This document shows positions 36,401 to 40,413 of a DNA stretch of 40,413 bases, piece after piece. A program made the translations under genes and the position numbers. Numbering within the stretch: the first letter of the stretch is position 1; the number at the start of each line of letters is the position of its first letter. This DNA comes from a virus (lineage: Duplodnaviria > Caudoviricetes): positions 1 to 40,413 of IMG/VR virus record IMGVR_UViG_3300012953_000004. One strand, given 5' to 3'. The notes beneath the pieces were generated by a model that had not been told where the DNA came from, did no database searches, and saw only the letters and a program-made list of their open reading frames with translations.

Positions 36401-39400
36401 TAACTGACCAATTTCCCAACAAAACATCAGCTATAAAATCGTCAGACATCTTAAGAACTTGTGGTTCAACTTTTACTCCCCAAAAACTAAATGCCATTTG
36501 AGTCAAATCTTGGTTTGTTTCAACAAAATTAGGATCAAACACAGACAAACCATCATCTTCACCATAAACAGGCTTAGGGTAACCTGCCTGTTGCGTTGCT
36601 CTAGGATCAACAGGCGCACGACCACGACTAGCTCTTTGAGGACCAGCTTCACCGCCAACAGTATACGGCTTTATACTTTCATTAATTTTCATAACAGAAT
36701 AAGCAGTACCACGTTGAACTCTGGCTTCCATGCGAGGCACAGCAACACCCAAAATTTCGTAAACCTTTTGAGCAGCTAACTGCTCATCTCTTTCACGAAA
36801 ATTCTTTTTCTTTCCCTGCGGAGTTGCATTGTCATGCTGCGAAAACGATCTTACATAATACGTTTCACCGTCAGCGCCCTTGTAAAAACCATCCAAAAGA
36901 TCAGAACCCTTTGGAGCAACAGGAAAAGCTTCACTTCCCTGAAAACCAATAACTTCTGGTTCTATTCTCATTTCTGGATTTAAAATATCTAAATCAATAC
37001 CAAATTTTTTAAAAGGAACAGGGCTTTGCACGCCTTGTTCCATTGCTTCCCCAAACTTTTTAGCATAACGTTCTACTCTAGCGATTTCTTCCATTGTTAC
37101 AGGAATGCCATCAAGTTCAACTTTCATGTATTCCTCTAGCTTTGCAAAAGGATTTCTTGACAATTCTTCCTGAACTGAAGCAAAACGCCTATCTACCGCT
37201 TCCCTGTATTTCCCTATCTTTAACGCCAAATCAGAAGCACTTTCAATAGTCGCTAAAGATTCTTTCCCCATCAACAAATAATATTGCCTTATGGCATTGC
37301 CTAATTCTCTGCTAAGTTCAGGATTTGCAATAACTTTTGCTTGCTCGTCTATACCATTGTGCATGTGTGACTTAATTAAGTTTCGCCATTGCTCAACATT
37401 TTCTACAGTAGGAACACCAAACTGGGCAATAGGACCTTGGTCTTCTAAATCGCTAAACTTTTTAGCTATTTGATCTAATTCATCCATTAAAGATGAAATT
37501 TCCATATCCATTGTTTCCAATGTTTTAAGCATTGACGCAGGCAAATTAGCAGGATTTTCTTTTACAATTGCATCGTGATGGCTTATTTGAAACCATTGAC
37601 CCATGCCTTCATCAAACCTAAGCATTTCAGTATCAAAATATTGACTAATTTCTTTAAAAGTCATTTCTGACCCATCAGACAAAACAACCGTTTTAGGTCC
37701 AATTATTTGAGAAATACTTCCATCAGGCATAAGCCTGTAAGAAACACCACCGTCATTAAGAACTTTAACAGCTTGATGAGGTGTCATAAAAGTTCTAACT
37801 TTTGCAGGAGATGGTTCAGGACCCATTCTAGCAAGCACGTCTTCATCAGGTCTTGCAGCCCCCATAGGAGTAACTAGTTCATCTTCTCCTGATATTTGGC
37901 CACGTTCTTCAAAGTTTCTCTTTAGGTAATCTTCAATTTGTTCACCTTCTCGTTGCCCCTGATGTCGTTTAGCGTTAGAGTTTTCCCACCTTTGTCTTTG
38001 ATGCTTAATAGTGTTTTCAATCTCTAATGTCTGAATATCTGTTAGTTCTTCAGCAGTAATTTTTTGCTGAGGAGCGACATCATCTGTAACTGCAGAAACT
38101 TGCTCTAAAGCTTGCTCTCGTTCAAGAGGCGTAACATCTTTTCCTGTTAGCGGATCACGGAAAGCAGGCTCATCTAAAGCTTGCGCTCTTTGAGGCGGAG
38201 CATCAGGGAACGTCATTCGTGCTATATCGTCTTCCCACCTTCGCAAAGTTAATTCTATAACTTTGCGATCTACCATTTGACCAATTCCTTGAGAACCAGC
38301 TACTCCTTGCACTTCTTGATAACCAAGTTTATTAAAAGCAGTTATCGCAGACATTGCATCAGGAAGATCTTGTTCAACTTGCCTCATAATAACTGGCAAC
38401 AATTCTTCTGAAGTCATGTGATGCCAATTGGGCATTTGCAAAAGCTCAGGCATAAATTCGTGTGCTTTAGCAGCATCTAAACCTCGTGTAATTTCAAGAA
38501 GTTTATTAACTTCAGTAGAAACACGCACTTTTGCTTGTAAATAGCTTTCATACATGCTTGCAACATTAGGAATGTTCCCAGCATCGTCAGCAAACTCTTC
38601 CCAATTTATGCTGCGCATAAACATTTCTAATTCACGTTTAAGGTCTTGACGTATTGCTCTTAACGCAGGATCAGTAATTTGTGACGGATCAATTTCTGCA
38701 TCTATACCTTTAATTACTCGTATAATGTCATCTGCAGTTGTTTGCCATATTTCTCTACCAACGCTGTCGTTCCAAATAGTATTTAACGTAGACAACTCTA
38801 AATCTACATCGTCACCAAAAACACCCATATTCGTCATACGATGAGCTTCATAATTTCTATTTGTTTGTATTACTTCAGCAATCGCTTGAGTGTATTTATT
38901 AGCAGCATCTTTGGCTCGTTCTACGCTTCCAAATTTTTCAATAAGGTGTTGTTCTATTTTTGCTTTAGTTTGTACACCGTTACTTAATGATTCGTACAGA
39001 TAATAATAAACGTTATCCGTTATATCCTCTCCACCAATCATCAACTTTTGGAGCACCTCTTGAAGCTCTTGAATTTCCACATTCGCTTCTATCGCTTTTT
39101 GGAACTGAGGAAATTCTTCAATTGATATTTCTCCAGCTTTAAATTTTTCAATGTCAAACATGAACTGTTCTTGTTCATCCATAACTTGCATTAACTTGTT
39201 AAACAATTCATCTGTTTTATCAACAGACTCTCCGTACATTTGTTCACGCCTATTAAGTAATTGCTCACGATCCATTGCACGAGATAATTCTGTTTCATAT
39301 TCATCAAGCAACTTAGCGTGTTGATTTTCCAAATTTACAATAGTTTCATCCATCAAACGTTTTTGAGCTAGTTCAGCTTCCGCAGACCGAATAATTGCTT

Positions 39401-40413
39401 CATCTATTTCAACTTCTTTTTTCTTAATTGTTTGAACCATGCGAGTTAAACGCCTGCTTGCTGCAACCGAAGCAGCAGAAGGCATCTTTAAACCAGTTAC
39501 CCAACCAGTAGCATTAGGCGACCATCCACCCTTAATAACTCTCTGATTTAACCAATTCATTCCAATCAACTGAGAAACACCTTGGTTGTAGTTGTCTAAA
39601 ACTTTTTGCATATTAAAGCTAAAGAACTCACCATTCATGCCTAAATTTTCTAGAATCTCAGACATTTGCTCAGGGATAGTTCCATACGCTCTACCGCTTA
39701 TTGGGTTTAGCTGTCCAACGTTTCCTAATTCTTCTCCAAAGAAAGTGGTCCTAGGAGAACTAGATGAGTTGGCAAATTGTTTGCGAAAATTTTGCATTTG
39801 CGCATCAGTAGGAGGAATAACCTTTCCTTGTGGATTACGCACAGGTGTGTAATTGTCAGCAAACCATTTTTCAAATTCTGTTTCAAATTCTTTAGGCTCA
39901 ACATAAAAACGTCTTTGCTCAGGGCCTACAGTCCTGCCTTTTTGTTTACTTACAATGGCTGCTTTCCACTCATCAGTTAATTGATGAGGGAAATAGCCTG
40001 CTCTTTTGGCAAGAAAATCTGTTTGTGCCATGCTGTTTGCCATTAAGCGCAAACTCTCCATCAAGGTTGCTCCTTGGCCAACAAGGTCAACGCCAGTTTT
40101 TAACGCAACTTGTTCCATAACTTCTATAGCTGCTTGATCGCCTTCTATCGCTGACATTAAAAGACGTTGAAAAGCTTCACTGTCATTTAATGCGTAAGCA
40201 GTAGGGAAATCCCCCAAAAGAACACCATTTTCAGTTTTCCACGCATTAAGAATAGGTTTTATGTTTCCTAACTCATTATTAACGACTCCTCTAACTTTGT
40301 TTAAAAACAAATTAGTAGGTTTGTCTAATTCTTTACGAGCACGCATTGTAAGCATTCTTGCTTGCCCATTCCAACTAAATAGTTCTTTAGCAGCAATAAC
40401 TTCCCAAGGGTTA
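30432..40413 (-). CDS. Giant putative ejection/polyvalent virion protein, C-terminal part (true start at 1892 via the junction)
   Basis: Open frame to the contig end; C-terminal WHFDYSDLS..ER..KRLIPFYTWSR...PDW...PDLP resembles the tail of large polyvalent/ejection proteins. Confidence 0.85.
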   Translation of the reverse strand, partial: NPWEVIAAKELFSWNGQARMLTMRARKELDKPTNLFLNKVRGVVNNELGNIKPILNAWKTENGVLLGDFPTAYALNDSEAFQRLLMSAIEGDQAAIEVMEQVALKTGVDLVGQGATLMESLRLMANSMAQTDFLAKRAGYFPHQLTDEWKAAIVSKQKGRTVGPEQRRFYVEPKEFETEFEKWFADNYTPVRNPQGKVIPPTDAQMQNFRKQFANSSSSPRTTFFGEELGNVGQLNPISGRAYGTIPEQMSEILENLGMNGEFFSFNMQKVLDNYNQGVSQLIGMNWLNQRVIKGGWSPNATGWVTGLKMPSAASVAASRRLTRMVQTIKKKEVEIDEAIIRSAEAELAQKRLMDETIVNLENQHAKLLDEYETELSRAMDREQLLNRREQMYGESVDKTDELFNKLMQVMDEQEQFMFDIEKFKAGEISIEEFPQFQKAIEANVEIQELQEVLQKLMIGGEDITDNVYYYLYESLSNGVQTKAKIEQHLIEKFGSVERAKDAANKYTQAIAEVIQTNRNYEAHRMTNMGVFGDDVDLELSTLNTIWNDSVGREIWQTTADDIIRVIKGIDAEIDPSQITDPALRAIRQDLKRELEMFMRSINWEEFADDAGNIPNVASMYESYLQAKVRVSTEVNKLLEITRGLDAAKAHEFMPELLQMPNWHHMTSEELLPVIMRQVEQDLPDAMSAITAFNKLGYQEVQGVAGSQGIGQMVDRKVIELTLRRWEDDIARMTFPDAPPQRAQALDEPAFRDPLTGKDVTPLEREQALEQVSAVTDDVAPQQKITAEELTDIQTLEIENTIKHQRQRWENSNAKRHQGQREGEQIEDYLKRNFEERGQISGEDELVTPMGAARPDEDVLARMGPEPSPAKVRTFMTPHQAVKVLNDGGVSYRLMPDGSISQIIGPKTVVLSDGSEMTFKEISQYFDTEMLRFDEGMGQWFQISHHDAIVKENPANLPASMLKTLETMDMEISSLMDELDQIAKKFSDLEDQGPIAQFGVPTVENVEQWRNLIKSHMHNGIDEQAKVIANPELSRELGNAIRQYYLLMGKESLATIESASDLALKIGKYREAVDRRFASVQEELSRNPFAKLEEYMKVELDGIPVTMEEIARVERYAKKFGEAMEQGVQSPVPFKKFGIDLDILNPEMRIEPEVIGFQGSEAFPVAPKGSDLLDGFYKGADGETYYVRSFSQHDNATPQGKKKNFRERDEQLAAQKVYEILGVAVPRMEARVQRGTAYSVMKINESIKPYTVGGEAGPQRASRGRAPVDPRATQQAGYPKPVYGEDDGLSVFDPNFVETNQDLTQMAFSFWGVKVEPQVLKMSDDFIADVLLGNWSVNGTGSARNYGILWGEVNPTTGRPSALDAWGNQAERFGRFRTVRYGMDDAFFTSKGTEKHLPDGQPYKALEYVDGRLQLVEKQPTTVSVDDQNNIIVSKSTPESLADPDAKVQQVYEAEMIQYNKEVTAYNQDRKAWEKYDIEFKNWEANSGKSTVATNAAWDMTDDQIRQQAANDLAEQLTKETGLYHYAADVVDTHPMEFDAMVDSINASVIDNVSFVPVDSPPPLEPPRPRPTVEPKRPKTPKGVKEITPRDRVSYTQLDGTVVERQARKPSKIEIKERKNSLTQEWLETKGFGKGDKIFGTQYTQWRTAGFASRRAQRKIAKLEELKPKDMEAQIMRVKDDLAEELNKVFEGVDDLARQGDPLTPTRASGQPREVVGVNYDITEVMELGLGPKMYGAIDESLYFPNNIPEDIARKLPSGFMPDSMNQQVERMLHVRNSVGGWKNYLENAVPDLDAKTLDELAHFLEVRTKYLSEYFGLPYLTDEDEMLKQFASNVLPTKVVLDTWATEGKTGLLRLLDNSGGYDDTIAKPLGLSDVMGHQQSPFGGKSRMTLAPYAYREGVKYQGLAVDTNMGEIRFYGVDPVLQVKEPEEIMATLLKLDAEARTMGDTSLISFNGYEEGLYRFWTELSPANPAGLKGDDLSQFTDQILRLVGWEGPTKLMPQDMISLGERMVDILGRQDPLVMDEIIRVVTKDALTAKQAKEMELLLANKYKGSLELQDADLGLPQPATEVVQVTPAGISPATGEGKVILNDIYRVSEGSSVPSVVDTMTAATRRDTITSVRTMGRVRSIRAAIKTDPIMANYFNEGGTFQEVLEFLSWRDNKYRQIDAVNGYLTRDGDRFNNFMDDLGEYAYATSPSNPHFKDEILKAKMQSYVHVNRVMQLFANVEGADSLLAKRMIDDWKMSLANDGYIGVSQPRMHGQATYDQSFNSNVRNVRSKLRSGGYRDQAQYSRSTEREMREVAGRYGDQDDVIDDAYIVAQQETIGLDVEGINRRMSSRQASQLENETWDAMADPVEQARKGTVQAPFTMDYTITNPNAIVVDPEWAAQRAQQQINAAIDVHHFLAASNEQMRTGLVTRVYTAKGLADTFRGGDDTVKQLIAEGTLREVDAETYVNRFKVLERDPDVPRRAIRQDFSTELEEGATGIPKPSDNHHVVAGFDELYTDQKIYAFNDNPVLDEKWKKWWNADEQELIDEIVASKIPTRESLIKRYDEQVRNFLNNPTLDFKGASVTEKAAYEALQASGRGNIFPMFIKGGRPKGKLVERKGLAQALDVKDQAAYDIGRENYSLLKKDVFESINESKQIKYNMENLQAHYMDRLKALGDLHKIRTSRPYDTQLSKDVEKLRKWMPDEDIEITGLAKELEDVELRILQEKQALDFVTQRLQLHVDARNKLKNMVDGIAEDDLLAIGSLENLLDFSASLKQIGINDLDEIDYVLKTLNNPKPDVDQLFVPNYSEMSEKTKERLFTSLIYAHDAAKNPVGLANSTREGITETIMGTTKLGLETTGKPPKTLVQYYDNVHNVTKGYMILKAGFLARNFYGALWMNYLADVPVSAYSQFLNAFKYLKYQDEIADAAIFGASKPKLRRRVLRDAQQLADAARKKTNPKDINAVRVMMDGGLVGKEGSGFYGQEFIPDSKRSIKIGNREIETVKRWRGRDWNIRASMPFSSQFIGLKKFRGANATVEDVVRGSLGLHTLNSGGTVDDAWDNIVKWHFDYSDLSQTERKVKRLIPFYTWSRHAIPLTIGQYFQQPAKFHRYALTMRALSDKEDRDVGPVPDWMLRQGGVRLPASMDVQGNPVFFMPDLPIRSTFDMINDPVSELAQGDVLGAAGATLRSGASMMTPLVKAPLELMMNRNIWKDYSFKDRYEHVPFWLEKVPLLMPMLETQGVAKPLPNGGYAVKSKWLHFLTQVTPPISDLRRVAPTEEKYQQRHFSNIMSWFFGIGLRTLSPYEIEQAEVGRYYENRQKVTDANRLQLLDAIHNNN
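40291..40413. repeat. Terminal direct repeat, copy 2
   Basis: Identical to 1-123. Confidence 0.95.

Noticed and set aside
32932-39980. Plus-strand ORFs within the giant gene
   Set aside because: Short antisense shadows without initiation signals
30432-40413. Confident virion RNA polymerase call for the giant protein
   Set aside because: No DxDGD motif or N4/T7-type A/B/C motifs seen (TRDGD near 33880 does not fit); retained only as a hypothesis
1-40413. Alternative genetic code
   Set aside because: Standard code 11 gives dense, full-length genes using TAA, TAG and TGA stops

Overview
This window looks like a complete, circularly assembled ~40,290-bp podovirus genome; positions 1-123 repeat exactly at 40291-40413. 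The minus arm carries terS, a terminase large subunit encoded as two separate ORFs, portal, scaffold, major capsid, adaptor, nozzle, tail fibres, three putative ejection proteins, an amidase endolysin and a holin candidate. The largest putative ejection protein crosses the junction, is ~3,916 aa, and appears to contain a degenerate HipA/PI3K-like kinase domain. The plus arm carries small early genes and DUF932, followed by a Cas4-like exonuclease, DnaB-like helicase, AEP primase, RusA, an endonuclease, a sigma-region-4-like HTH protein and DUF1599. I recognised no integrase, DNA polymerase, tRNA or CRISPR array. The host is probably an actinobacterium (inference). The most unusual content is non-coding: a covarying family of bulged-A hairpins before early genes, tandem hairpins including a C-GTA-G triloop, an invariant ACTGGGAGGT RBS, a structured RNA with a loop complementary to that RBS, and a WGGGACA motif before late operons. 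All family assignments come from motif recognition by eye, not from database searches.
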